Shown: one piece after another, positions 29,575-39,370 of the stretch
Position numbering within the stretch: the stretch's first letter is position 1
Layout of the letters: each line of letters opens with the position of its first letter
Assembly (NCBI GenBank): GCA_039586365.1
Contig: JBDHKN010000006.1
Coordinates: forward strand, 32,001 to 96,000
DNA: 64,000 bases
From: Gemmatimonadota bacterium
GTDB lineage: Bacteria > Gemmatimonadota > Gemmatimonadetes > Gemmatimonadales > GWC2-71-9
Reading direction: 5' to 3'
Notes under the pieces: generated by a model
What the model was told of the DNA's origin: nothing
The model's input: only the letters and a program-made list of their open reading frames with translations
The model's database searches: none
Made by a program: the position numbers and the translations under genes

Positions 29575-30072
29575 GTGACTACTGATTCTAGCGGAACCAT
29601 GCGGTTCCTTCCGATAGGACTTGACGTCCGTGGCAGGGTTTGCCTGGTTGTTGGCGGTGGGAGTGTAGGGACTCGCAAGGCAGTGACACTTGCTCAGGCG
29701 GGTGCAGCCGTAACGGTAGTCTCGCCTGTCGTCACTGCTGAACTTGCCGAGCAGATACGCGCTGGCCGCATCAATTGGGTGGAGGGAAAGTTCCGAGACG
29801 GGCATCTGTCTGGTGTCTTCCTCGCGGTTGCTGCTACGGATGACGATGCCTTGAATGCCATAGTCGTCAGGGTCGCGGGGGAGCGTGGTGCCCTGGTCTG
29901 CGATGCCTCGTCAGCCGAGCGCTCTCAAGTGATCTTCGGCGCTGTGCTGGAGAGTGATGAAGCCACCGTTGCCGTCTTCACGGATGGCCGAAATCCAGCA
30001 CAGGCTAGGCGGACACGCGACCAGATTGCAGGTTTCATTGCCGCGGAACGCAAGGTTGGGCCTCAGTCCTGA
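29575..30072 (+). CDS. sirC: Precorrin-2 dehydrogenase (SirC/Met8/CysG-N-like), short form
   Basis: FLPIGLDVRGRVCLVVGGGSVGTRK, AVAATDD and AVFTDGRNP; start uncertain (GTG 29575 or ATG 29599). Confidence 0.75.
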   Translation: MTTDSSGTMRFLPIGLDVRGRVCLVVGGGSVGTRKAVTLAQAGAAVTVVSPVVTAELAEQIRAGRINWVEGKFRDGHLSGVFLAVAATDDDALNAIVVRVAGERGALVCDASSAERSQVIFGAVLESDEATVAVFTDGRNPAQARRTRDQIAGFIAAERKVGPQS

Positions 30073-30258
30073 TTTGCCTGTGTCGACGAACTTGATCGGA
30101 TTGGAGAGAGGAGCGGTGAGCAAGACGCTGGATTAGATTCAAGACGCAGTCCCCCTGCAGGCAATCTCGCTCGGATGTCTTAGACACTCCACCGAAACAT
30201 CTTGCCATGAGAAGGCTGTGAGCGAGGTGCCTGTAGTGAATTTGTCGCAGAGTGAGCC

Positions 30259-32505
30259 ATGTCCACGTTCACCACAGACAGCTCGGCAACATCACCCATG
30301 CACCAGGGGCGTAGCTCGCTAGTGCCGGGGCGGCGGGGAGTGTTGTTGCTCAATCTGGGAATGCCTGGCCGAAGTGACCCTTCTTCCGTGCGCCAGTTCC
30401 TCTTGCAGTTTCTTGACGATCCTCTCGTCATCGGCTCGCTCCCGGAACTCAGGTGGCTCCGACGGGGTCTGCGCAGTTGGATGCTCCGCTTGCGGGCAGC
30501 GCGCCTGGTGGATTCCTGCCGCACATACAGGGAGGATAGCGGGTCTCAGCCGAACATCATTGCGGAACAGGCTGCTGCGCTGGGTGCTGTTCTTCCAGAG
30601 CACTGGCGGGTATTCACGGGTACACGCTATGGGGAACCATCGATCTCTGCAGTGCTGAAGCAGATGCAGGACGAGGGTATCGAGCGAATCGTGGCAGTAC
30701 CGCTGTATCCGCAATTCGACCAGGCGACCACAGGCACGATCATGCGCGAACTGTACCGTGTCGTGGGTGAAACGGCACGAAGTATGAGCCTTGCCACTCG
30801 TGCTGCGTGGCACGACGACAGCGGCTACGTGAGTGCCCAAGCGAGATTGATTGCGGAATGGGCACAGTCCCATGATCTGTGGCCGGATGACTCGCACTTG
30901 CTCTTCACGGCCTACGGTCCACCCGGTTCCGGCGTGCAGCGCGAAGATACGTACGCGCCACAGATGAGGAGAACGGTCGATCTGGTGGCTCAACGGTTAG
31001 GCTGGTCTGCGGATCTAGTGTCATTAGCCTTCCAGGGACGGTTCGGTATGGAGCCGGGCCCCGCATGTAGGCCCATCGCCGGCGACGAGCTGGAGCGACT
31101 TGCTCGTTTGGGTGTCAAGAAGGTGCTCGTCTGCCACCTCACCTTTGCCGAGCAGGGTGTGGGTGCCGTGCGGCAGATAGATGGGCAGTCCCAGAAGTTG
31201 TTCGCAGCAAGCGGAGGTCGTCTCCACAATTGCCCGACTCTCTACACACAGAGACCGTTTATCTCCGCGTTGCGAAGCTTGGTAATAGGAGGTCCTAGGC
31301 CGGCTTCGGGCCGAGGGGCTAAACCTCTTCTGGTGCCCAGACTCGACACGGGTCTGACGGACGACGATCCGAAGGCTCTGGTGATGATCGGGACGTCGCT
31401 GGCAAGGCGGCTGCGGTCCGGGCGCGGTCCGCATCTGAAGCACAACCACCCTGGCGTGTTCGCCAAGGTACGCAAGTCACGGAAGACCTTGCTGGGATTC
31501 CTGGATTGGGTCCGTGAGGAGGGGATTGTCAAGGAGGCGTTCGTCTGGAACACGTGCCAGCGGCTCGAGTTCTACGGATGGCTCGCGGATCCGGATGACT
31601 CCGTCGACCGCGAGTGGGTCGTCGCGACAGTGCGGAGCAGACTGTTCGAGACCGAACCAGAAGACCTCCATGTCAACGTGTTGTTTGGCGTCAACGCCTG
31701 GCATCACCTAATGCGCACAGCGTCTGGATTGAATAGCGCGCTGCCAGGGGACACGGACGTGGTGGCACAACTGCAAACGTCCTGCCAGATAGCCGAACGT
31801 GCGAGGGTTGCGGGCCCAATCGCAGCTCGACTGGTAAGGAGCGCAGTGGAGCTGACCCACAAAGTACGCGCTGAAACTGCGTGGGGCCAGTTCAGCTCTG
31901 GGTACTGCCTCGCTGCTCTGTCCCACGTTCGTGCAGTGAGCGGCGTCGATCTAGACGCGTGTCGCCACCTCGTCATTGGTGGCTCAGCCACGTCACGTTC
32001 AGTGCTGTCCACACTGTCTCAGGAGTTCGCTGTCCCCCAACATAGAATGACGTTGGCTTATCGAGACCACCATGGTCAGATGAAGCTATTGCGGGCGGCT
32101 CTCGGCCACGGCAAACGCCAGCGCGTGCATTCGTATTCAGAGGAAAGTGTCCTGCGCGCGATCGCTGACGCAGACTTTGTGTTTTTCGGTATCGATCACC
32201 CACAACCGGTATTGGACGCTGAGGTGATCGGTGGTTTGCGGGATTTCACGAAGCGACCTCTGACGATCGTCGATTTCAATAGCTATGGTTCAATGCGCTA
32301 CTCGAGTATCCCTGATGGTGTGAGAGTGTGGACCGAAGCAGAGTTGGATCGAGCAGTTGCGGCGTATGCCGACCTGATGTGCTCTCGGGCCGAGTTCTCC
32401 GCGGCCGTAGAAGCCATGGAAACGTGGATAGAAGACCGCCTACCGGTGTCCGATGTGGATGCTGACTCCAAGACTGAAATCAGTGCAGCCAAGAGTACTA
32501 TATGA
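30259..32505 (+). CDS. Fusion of a degenerate ferrochelatase (HemH-like) domain and a glutamyl-tRNA-reductase (HemA-like) domain
   Basis: N half: GVLLLNLG.P, VRQFL..FL.DP.VI, RYGEPSI, VPLYPQF. C half: NTCQRLEFY, HLMRTASGLNS, KVRAET and a Rossmann-like segment; one uninterrupted 748-aa ORF. Confidence 0.85.
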   Translation: MSTFTTDSSATSPMHQGRSSLVPGRRGVLLLNLGMPGRSDPSSVRQFLLQFLDDPLVIGSLPELRWLRRGLRSWMLRLRAARLVDSCRTYREDSGSQPNIIAEQAAALGAVLPEHWRVFTGTRYGEPSISAVLKQMQDEGIERIVAVPLYPQFDQATTGTIMRELYRVVGETARSMSLATRAAWHDDSGYVSAQARLIAEWAQSHDLWPDDSHLLFTAYGPPGSGVQREDTYAPQMRRTVDLVAQRLGWSADLVSLAFQGRFGMEPGPACRPIAGDELERLARLGVKKVLVCHLTFAEQGVGAVRQIDGQSQKLFAASGGRLHNCPTLYTQRPFISALRSLVIGGPRPASGRGAKPLLVPRLDTGLTDDDPKALVMIGTSLARRLRSGRGPHLKHNHPGVFAKVRKSRKTLLGFLDWVREEGIVKEAFVWNTCQRLEFYGWLADPDDSVDREWVVATVRSRLFETEPEDLHVNVLFGVNAWHHLMRTASGLNSALPGDTDVVAQLQTSCQIAERARVAGPIAARLVRSAVELTHKVRAETAWGQFSSGYCLAALSHVRAVSGVDLDACRHLVIGGSATSRSVLSTLSQEFAVPQHRMTLAYRDHHGQMKLLRAALGHGKRQRVHSYSEESVLRAIADADFVFFGIDHPQPVLDAEVIGGLRDFTKRPLTIVDFNSYGSMRYSSIPDGVRVWTEAELDRAVAAYADLMCSRAEFSAAVEAMETWIEDRLPVSDVDADSKTEISAAKSTI

Positions 32506-32548
32506 CTTCATTGAGTGATCCACTCGTTGTGTTGGCGCTCCGATCTCG

Positions 32549-32905
32549 ATGCTGATCTTGATTGCACACGGCAGCCGGCGGTCAGAATGGAGAGCGTCTG
32601 CAGAGGGTCTGGTCAAATCGCTGCAAACGGACATAGGTCGCGACGCTGTACAGCTCGCTTACATGGATTGTACACCGCCGACGCTCATGGAAGTAGTATC
32701 CAAAGCGGTACAGCAAGGAATCAAACGAATTCGAGTGCTGCCACTATTTCTAACAGCCGAAGGACACGTGACCCGTGATATTCACCCTCTTGTGGAGGAG
32801 GCACGTGAGTCATATGCCGATGTTGTGTTGGAGCTGCTACCACCAGTTGGCCAGCATCCGATGTTCCTGGAACTACTGAAGACAATTGCCATCCGGGAGC
32901 CGTGA
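32549..32905 (+). CDS. Sirohydrochlorin chelatase (CbiX-S/SirB family)
   Basis: ILIAHGSRR and PLFLTAEGHVTRDI metal-binding His motifs. Confidence 0.85.
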   Translation: MLILIAHGSRRSEWRASAEGLVKSLQTDIGRDAVQLAYMDCTPPTLMEVVSKAVQQGIKRIRVLPLFLTAEGHVTRDIHPLVEEARESYADVVLELLPPVGQHPMFLELLKTIAIREP

Positions 32906-32909
32906 ATAC

Positions 32910-34457
32910 ATGACGACCGACGGAAGCAAACGGCCACCTGGTATCGTCTATCTAGTGGGTGCCGGTCCTGGGGATCCCGGTCTAATCACGCTGCGCGCTG
33001 TTGAGTGTCTTGGACGGGCCGATGTGGTCATATACGATTATCTCGTCAACCCGGTCCTAGTCAGGCACGCCGCGGCTGCTGCGGAACTCGTCTGTCTTGG
33101 TCGCCCAACTACAGGACGCACTGTCTCCCAGGCAGAGATCAACCAACTAATGCTGGAGGCGGCTCAGGACGGCAAGATAGTCGTGCGGTTGAAGGGTGGG
33201 GATCCCTCGGTATTTGGCCGTGGGGCCGACGAGACAGGAGCCCTGCGGGAGGCAGGAATCCCCTTCGAGGTTATTCCGGGCATCACAGCTGGCCTAGCGG
33301 TCGGAGCCTACTGCGAAATCCCAATTACCCATCACGAGGATGCATCAGCTATCGCGTTGATAACGGGTCGGGAACGTGACGAGAAAGGGGAGTCTGCCAT
33401 TGATCACGCTGCGCTGGCCCGCTTCCCTGGCACACTCGTCTTCTACATGGGAGTCGAAAAGGTGACTCAGTGGAGCCAAGGCTTGATCGGACACGGAAAG
33501 CCACCCGAGACTCCCGTTGCAGTCGTTCGGTGGTGCACGCGTGCCCAGCAGCAAGAGATCCGCTGCACGCTGGGTACGGTTGCCGATACCATTAGGGACC
33601 ACGCGCTGCGTCCACCGGCACTGTTCGTAGTAGGCAAAGCGGTGGACCGCGCGCCTGTGCGCTCCTGGTTCACAGAGCGACCGCTGTTCGGGCAGCGAAT
33701 TCTCGTACCGGGATCGCAGACAACGTCTGACAGACTGCGCGACAGACTTGCAGAACTCGGGGCGGATGCGATCACGCAGCCGGCGATTCGGATTAGCGAA
33801 CCGGCTGACTGGGCAGCCGTGGATGATGCACTGGACAAGCTTGGCCAATACGATTGGCTGGTGTTCTCGAGTGGAAACGGCGTTGACTACTTGCTCAGAA
33901 GAATTGAATACCGGGGTGGGGATGTGCGCTGGCTAGGACGCATCAAGCTTGCGGCTATGGGCTCGGGCACTGCCGAGCGGTTGGCCCACTATCACCTCAA
34001 AGCAGATCTGGTCCCTGCGCAGTTCGTGGCGGAATCCCTGGCGGGTACACTTGTGGGAGAAGCTGAACGCAGGCGATTTCTGCTGGCCCGGGCTAGCAGG
34101 GGTCGGGAAGTGCTGGCAATGGAGCTGAGAGAGGCTGGGGCCCACGTCGATCAGATTGTTGTGTACGACAGTGTTGATGTTGAGGAACCCGACCCTGACG
34201 TAGCCGCTCAGCTCACGGCTGGGGCGATCCATTGGATCACAGTCACGAGTTCGGCCGTAGCCCGCTCCCTGGTGAACCTCTACGGTGACGACCTTGCAGC
34301 GGCGAGAATCGCCAGCATCGGTCCAGTGACCTCTGGTACACTACGCGATTTGGGTCACGAACCTTCAGTCGAGGCCACGCCACAATCGATCGAGGGTCTG
34401 GTGGAGGCGATTCAGCGTTTGTCGACTGTCGACCGACGACTGACGATGCACGATTGA
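32910..34457 (+). CDS. cobA: Uroporphyrinogen-III C-methyltransferase / uroporphyrinogen-III synthase fusion (CobA-HemD)
   Basis: VYLVGAGPGDPGLIT, VVRLKGGDP..FGRG and PGITA, then WF..RPLFG, WLVFSSGNGV and SIGPVTS. Confidence 0.93.
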   Translation: MTTDGSKRPPGIVYLVGAGPGDPGLITLRAVECLGRADVVIYDYLVNPVLVRHAAAAAELVCLGRPTTGRTVSQAEINQLMLEAAQDGKIVVRLKGGDPSVFGRGADETGALREAGIPFEVIPGITAGLAVGAYCEIPITHHEDASAIALITGRERDEKGESAIDHAALARFPGTLVFYMGVEKVTQWSQGLIGHGKPPETPVAVVRWCTRAQQQEIRCTLGTVADTIRDHALRPPALFVVGKAVDRAPVRSWFTERPLFGQRILVPGSQTTSDRLRDRLAELGADAITQPAIRISEPADWAAVDDALDKLGQYDWLVFSSGNGVDYLLRRIEYRGGDVRWLGRIKLAAMGSGTAERLAHYHLKADLVPAQFVAESLAGTLVGEAERRRFLLARASRGREVLAMELREAGAHVDQIVVYDSVDVEEPDPDVAAQLTAGAIHWITVTSSAVARSLVNLYGDDLAAARIASIGPVTSGTLRDLGHEPSVEATPQSIEGLVEAIQRLSTVDRRLTMHD

Positions 34458-34523
34458 CTAATGGCAAAGGGCGATCCGTGGCCGATCTCCCGAGCTACGT
34501 CGTCAACGCTGAATGATCAGTCG

Positions 34524-35186
34524 TCAATAGTCAGTCGTCAATCGGCTGGCTAGTTGGGCCACAGTAGTTCGCTTGAGCACTCTGTCTTCGTACAAATCCA
34601 CCGGACCCTCGTCAGAGAGCAAGTCCTGCCTTCCTGTCAGGATGGCGGCCTGCCCCAGCTCTCCCAGACACCAGACAGCCATGCCGCGAGACTGCGGCTT
34701 GGGGTCCTTCAGGGCTGCGGCAATCGCCGGCATGACTTCCTGAACATGATCGCCTGCTAGAGCGCCAACACGACCTATGGCCCAGAGTGCGCCAGGTCTG
34801 AAGTGCTCGAGATCCTCCTCAGCTAGCTCCAAAATCAGTGTCACTACTATTGGTATGTACTCGCCGAAGAGCGCCGGCATGTGGTGAACAACTTCGGCAA
34901 TTGCCTCCGGTGCGTGCCAGCAGATGCCGCCAGACTCTTCGGTTATCAGCCAGAACAAGCGCCGCAGGTGTTCTCGGACGTAGGCGGGATCGTCGTTCGC
35001 GATGCGGACGGCCGCCAATGCCTGTGCCTCGACGGCACGCCAGCAGATTTGTGGATCCTCGTCATAGGTGAGAGAAATGAGGACTTTGAGGATACGCCTC
35101 CTCGTCGCCGCCATTTCAGCAATCTGTTCAAGTTGCCCTTGATCGAGCAGCTGTCGCAGGGTGTGTTTGAGTGCGATGTGTGCCAT
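34524..35186 (-). CDS. HEAT/PBS-lyase-like repeat protein (DVU0298-like)
   Basis: LISLTYDED..ICWRAV, RRLFWLITEESGGICWHAPEAIAE and RGMAVWCLGELG; start placed at ATG 35186. Confidence 0.7.
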   Translation of the reverse strand: MAHIALKHTLRQLLDQGQLEQIAEMAATRRRILKVLISLTYDEDPQICWRAVEAQALAAVRIANDDPAYVREHLRRLFWLITEESGGICWHAPEAIAEVVHHMPALFGEYIPIVVTLILELAEEDLEHFRPGALWAIGRVGALAGDHVQEVMPAIAAALKDPKPQSRGMAVWCLGELGQAAILTGRQDLLSDEGPVDLYEDRVLKRTTVAQLASRLTTDY

Positions 35187-35402
35187 CCGTAGTAATCCTA
35201 GATTGTCGCCGGCCCTACTCCCGGGAGATACCCCACGAAGCATACCGTGTCTATCTGCGACGTCAATTTCAGTATAGTGCAACCTGTGTGACTGTTGTCT
35301 GATTGCTCTTTCATCACGGAGTGCTATACTGAAAAACCAGTGTGGGTTGGAGAACCGAGGTGCATGGATTGCGGGAGACACGTACTGGAAGGAGGATGTC
35401 GC

Positions 35403-36746
35403 ATGAGCGACCGTGAGGGCATAGCAGCTCTTTGGACCAAGGAAGACTGGTGGGCGGTCTGGCTCGGGTTGGGGATCATCGCCTGTGCGATCGTCTTCTT
35501 TGTGGCAGGAGGCACGCTCAGACCATTGGCCGTCAGCCCTCCGAGGGATTGGACGGTATTTTCAAGGGTAACATCACATTTTGCTGAGAACTGGATCTGG
35601 TACGTTCTGCTCTACCTGGTGTTCGGCGGCGTATTCACGTTGAGTACGTCTGTCATGGGCCACAAGGCGAAGCAATACGTACCCGGCTTCACGCTGATAT
35701 TCCTGGTCTCAGTTTTCATCCTAGTAGTCAGCCAGAGTCAGTTCTTCCACTACTACAGTCTGGAGGCGCCGTTGGTGGCGCTCATCCTGGGCCTTTTCGT
35801 CGGGAACTTCGCCAGGCTGCCCGATTGGCTCGACAGTTCTCTCAGGACCGAGTACTACATCAAGACAGGCATTGTTTTGCTGGGTGCAACCTTGCCGCTG
35901 ACCTTGATCGTCACCGCTGGGCCGATCGCCTTTCTTCAAGCTACTATTGTATCGCTCTGCACATGGCTGGCAATGTTTTTCTTCGCGACCCGCGTGTTCA
36001 AACTCGACAAGCGCTTCGGAGCGGTACTTGGAGCCGGTGGTGCTGTGTGTGGAGTCTCTGCATCCATCGCGGTTGGTGGAGCGGTGAAGGCAGACAAGGA
36101 ACACGTGGCAATCAGCATATCGATTGTATCTCTGTGGGCACTCGTCATGATCTTCTTCCTGCCACTGGCGAGCAAGGCTCTGGGCCTTCATCCGGGCGTG
36201 GCGGGAGCCTGGATAGGAACCAGCGAGTTTGCTGACGCCGCGGGCTACGCGGCCGCGCAGACTATTGCTTCGAACTCCGGCAACGAAGCTGCCATCCAGA
36301 CCTTCACTCTCATGAAAGTGATCGGACGGGATATCTGGATCGGGATCTGGGCGTTCGTGCTGTCGATCGTCTCTGTGGCCCTGTGGGAGCGAGGGTCCAA
36401 CACGGGGGGCTCGACGGTGGGAGTAGGGGTCATATGGTCACGATTCCCGAAGTTCGTTATCGGGTTCTTCCTCGCCTCAGTAATCATGAGCATCCTGGTG
36501 GCGAGTTCCTCGGCCGACTACGCAGCCGACATTACACCGAGGCTCATTACGCCCATCAAGACACTGCGGACTTGGACGTTTGTCTTCACGTTCCTTTGCA
36601 TCGGTCTCACCACACGATTTCGTGATCTGGCCAAGTTTGGAATGCCACCCTTCTGGGCATTTACTGTCGGTGTTCTCGTGAATGTTCCACTGGGCTACTT
36701 CTTGTCCACAGTGGTTTTCGGTGACTACTGGATGGCTGTGCAGTGA
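35403..36746 (+). CDS. YeiH/UPF0324 putative sulfate transporter
   Basis: EDWWAVWLG, EYYIKTGIVLLG, GAVCGVSASIA, AGAWIGTSE and RFPKFVIGF; GGAGG RBS before 35403. Confidence 0.88.
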   Translation: MSDREGIAALWTKEDWWAVWLGLGIIACAIVFFVAGGTLRPLAVSPPRDWTVFSRVTSHFAENWIWYVLLYLVFGGVFTLSTSVMGHKAKQYVPGFTLIFLVSVFILVVSQSQFFHYYSLEAPLVALILGLFVGNFARLPDWLDSSLRTEYYIKTGIVLLGATLPLTLIVTAGPIAFLQATIVSLCTWLAMFFFATRVFKLDKRFGAVLGAGGAVCGVSASIAVGGAVKADKEHVAISISIVSLWALVMIFFLPLASKALGLHPGVAGAWIGTSEFADAAGYAAAQTIASNSGNEAAIQTFTLMKVIGRDIWIGIWAFVLSIVSVALWERGSNTGGSTVGVGVIWSRFPKFVIGFFLASVIMSILVASSSADYAADITPRLITPIKTLRTWTFVFTFLCIGLTTRFRDLAKFGMPPFWAFTVGVLVNVPLGYFLSTVVFGDYWMAVQ

Positions 36747-36765
36747 AGCAATCGCTGTGATCTAG

Positions 36766-36802
36766 GCAATCAGCTGCCAGCAGATTGCTGGCAGCTGATT
36801 GC
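36766..36802. terminator. Perfect 17-bp inverted repeat between convergent genes
   Basis: GCAATCAGCTGCCAGCA-GAT-TGCTGGCAGCTGATTGC. Confidence 0.7.
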
Positions 36803-36810
36803 TGATGGCT

Positions 36811-38430
36811 CTAATGCATCTCCCACTCGATGAACCCAGGTTCCACATCAGTCATGCAGTTCACAATCAACTCAACCAGGCCGTCATAGAGAATGGAGTG
36901 TTTCTCCCATAGGTCGTAGTAGTTGAACAGGTCGCGCAACTGACCTTTACAGTTCGAGCATGGTGCACAAACGTATTTCTGAATTGACGGATCGAGCTCG
37001 TCCTTGAAGGCATTCAGGATCTGCTCCATCTTCTTGCGGCCGCTGACCTGGGCCCGCCAATCAGCGAAGTTGTGGCCCGACATGATCGCAAATCCACTGC
37101 CCCCTCCGCAGCAATAATTGTCCACGCCGTGGGGCGTCATCTCCCTGAACCGCGGAGCGATCTTCCTGATGACACGTCGCTGTGGCTCAACTATACCCAT
37201 CAGCCTGACAACGTTGCACGGATCGTGCAAGGTGACGGGGAAATCGTTGCGCAACGGATCGACCTTGACCCTCCCAGAAGAAACGAGATTCTCCAGTGTC
37301 ACGAAACAGCTTTCCCGTGGGATGTTGAGGTCGCCGGTCAACACGCGGTCAGCGATTACCGTGAGGGCTTTGTGGGCGTGTCCACACTCCCCGAGCACGA
37401 TCTTCTTTACTCCGAGCTTCTTGGCGATCTGAGCATGCTGGATGGCGACACGGGCAAACTGAGCGTCGTCATACCAAACACCATAGTTGACGCTGTCGTA
37501 ACCAGCAAGTTCGCTCGACATGGTCCAGTTCAAGCCAGCTGACTCGAATATTACTGCAAACGCCCCGGGATTCATGGGCCAAGACAGGATTTCGCCGGCG
37601 TTGTGGATCAGCAGTATGTCGGCGCCCTCCTTGTCCCACGGAGTCTCGATCGTCAAGCCCGTTTTCTCAGAGACGTCCTCATCTATGAACTCCATATTGT
37701 CCTTGACCACGATGGCGTTCATACCCGTAGAAGATCCGACCTTGAGTTGCTGGACGGAGCCGGCCTCGTGCAGTTCTTTGGGGGCTATACCCATCTCCAT
37801 GCTGAAGACCTTGCGGATCTCGTGTGCGATCAATGCATTGTCGACGCCGATCGGGCAGGTCTGGGCACAACGCCGGCATAGGTTGCAGCGATAGGCTAGC
37901 TCTGCCAGACGAGCAACCGTGGTCCAGTTCAGCTCTATCTCTCCGTCCTGCCAGGCCTGAAGCATTCCGCCATTTCCCTTGTGCTTGACGTGTTTCTTGT
38001 ACAAGCGGCGAAAAACCTCTGAGCGATAGGCAGGTCGATAGACAGGATTGTTCCCGCTTGCCTCATAGATGTGACATGCATCCGAGCAAGTGTGGCAGGT
38101 GGCACAGTGCTCCATCGACATCAGGAGCGGCTGCAGGAAAGTCCAGTTGTTCTCCTTGGTGAACAGCTTCTGCAGTCCAGAGAGGAACTGCGCAACCAGC
38201 TTGTCCTCCTCTTCTTTGGTCTTGGGCTTCGGGATGCTGACGGCAATCGTGTCGTCCATTGAGGACTCGTATGTCTCCTCAGCCTTTTCGCTCAAGGGCT
38301 TGAAGTCCGGCGTAGCCTCAGGAGTCTGGAATGGTTCTGGGAGAGGCTTGAAATCCTCTTTTCTCAGCTCGGTCAGCTTCGCCGACGGCTTGGATATATC
38401 TTCGATTCTTACCCGCTTCCTCGTTTGCAT
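36811..38430 (-). CDS. DsrK-like (HdrD-family) Fe-S/CCG protein, second copy
   Basis: CATCHTCSDACH, CNLCRRCAQTCP, GECGHAHK, HDPCN, YCCGGG and APCSNCK. Confidence 0.88.
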   Translation of the reverse strand: MQTRKRVRIEDISKPSAKLTELRKEDFKPLPEPFQTPEATPDFKPLSEKAEETYESSMDDTIAVSIPKPKTKEEEDKLVAQFLSGLQKLFTKENNWTFLQPLLMSMEHCATCHTCSDACHIYEASGNNPVYRPAYRSEVFRRLYKKHVKHKGNGGMLQAWQDGEIELNWTTVARLAELAYRCNLCRRCAQTCPIGVDNALIAHEIRKVFSMEMGIAPKELHEAGSVQQLKVGSSTGMNAIVVKDNMEFIDEDVSEKTGLTIETPWDKEGADILLIHNAGEILSWPMNPGAFAVIFESAGLNWTMSSELAGYDSVNYGVWYDDAQFARVAIQHAQIAKKLGVKKIVLGECGHAHKALTVIADRVLTGDLNIPRESCFVTLENLVSSGRVKVDPLRNDFPVTLHDPCNVVRLMGIVEPQRRVIRKIAPRFREMTPHGVDNYCCGGGSGFAIMSGHNFADWRAQVSGRKKMEQILNAFKDELDPSIQKYVCAPCSNCKGQLRDLFNYYDLWEKHSILYDGLVELIVNCMTDVEPGFIEWEMH

Positions 38431-38432
38431 GC

Positions 38433-39368
38433 CTAGTTCTCCTCGACACCGGAGGTTGCCACGTCGACCCAATTCTTCTTTCCGTCCCCTCGAATGTGGG
38501 GCGCTGACCAACTCACCGGATACTGCAAGGCCTCGGACACCTTACGTTCGATCTTTCCGCCTTTGAAGCTCGGCTCGTCACTCCACCTGATATCATGCCA
38601 CATGAAGTACTTGGTAAAGAAATGCGACATATGAGTGAGAGGGATGTAAGCCACCAGGAGACAGCCCAGCACAATCTCGAGTGCAACCAAGACTGACGGG
38701 GCGTCGAGGCTCGAAAGGTTGAACGTCACGAGCTGGGTGAAGAACGCCCTGAGACCAGAGAAAGTCGGATCTACGGTAGCGTGCGCTAACAAGGCCACGG
38801 CCAACGTCACGATGAAGAAGGCAAGATTGAAGAAATCGGAGTGCTTGGTGTACTCGCGGTAGTCCGCATTGAAGGTTCGTCGCACGAGAAGTGCAACGGA
38901 ACCCACCAGACCAAGGCCCAATCCCACATACCCAACCAAGTAGGTCAGGTGGTAGACGGTCCGTCCCAGCACTCCTCCATCGGCTGAGATGTCCATGCCA
39001 GCGGCACCGGCAATCCCTCCCAAAACCAACAAGCCAACCAGACCACCGAGCAGGTACAAACCGAAATGGAACGGAAACGAGCGGAGCCATTGTTGCAGGT
39101 TGTGTTCGCGAACGCCGGCAAGCAATAGAATTTCGGGAACCATGAACTTCAGTTCGCCAAGCATGGATGACTCACGTGGCTTGGTCCACCAATCAGATTC
39201 CTCGAGGTACGAACCACCGTAGCTTGCCCGACCCTTCTCGTGAGCGACAGGGTAGAGCTCCCAACGCAAGTGAATGGGCAACCGGACAATCTTCACGCCG
39301 CGCCAGACGACTGCCGCGACAAACACGGCAACTGCAGCGTACGGCAGAATGAGCAGCATTAAACCCAC
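38433..39368 (-). CDS. DsrM/NarI-like cytochrome b membrane subunit, second copy
   Basis: PIHLRWELYPVAHE, FPFHFGLYL and YIPLTHMSHFF. Confidence 0.85.
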   Translation of the reverse strand: MGLMLLILPYAAVAVFVAAVVWRGVKIVRLPIHLRWELYPVAHEKGRASYGGSYLEESDWWTKPRESSMLGELKFMVPEILLLAGVREHNLQQWLRSFPFHFGLYLLGGLVGLLVLGGIAGAAGMDISADGGVLGRTVYHLTYLVGYVGLGLGLVGSVALLVRRTFNADYREYTKHSDFFNLAFFIVTLAVALLAHATVDPTFSGLRAFFTQLVTFNLSSLDAPSVLVALEIVLGCLLVAYIPLTHMSHFFTKYFMWHDIRWSDEPSFKGGKIERKVSEALQYPVSWSAPHIRGDGKKNWVDVATSGVEEN

Positions 39369-39370
39369 CT

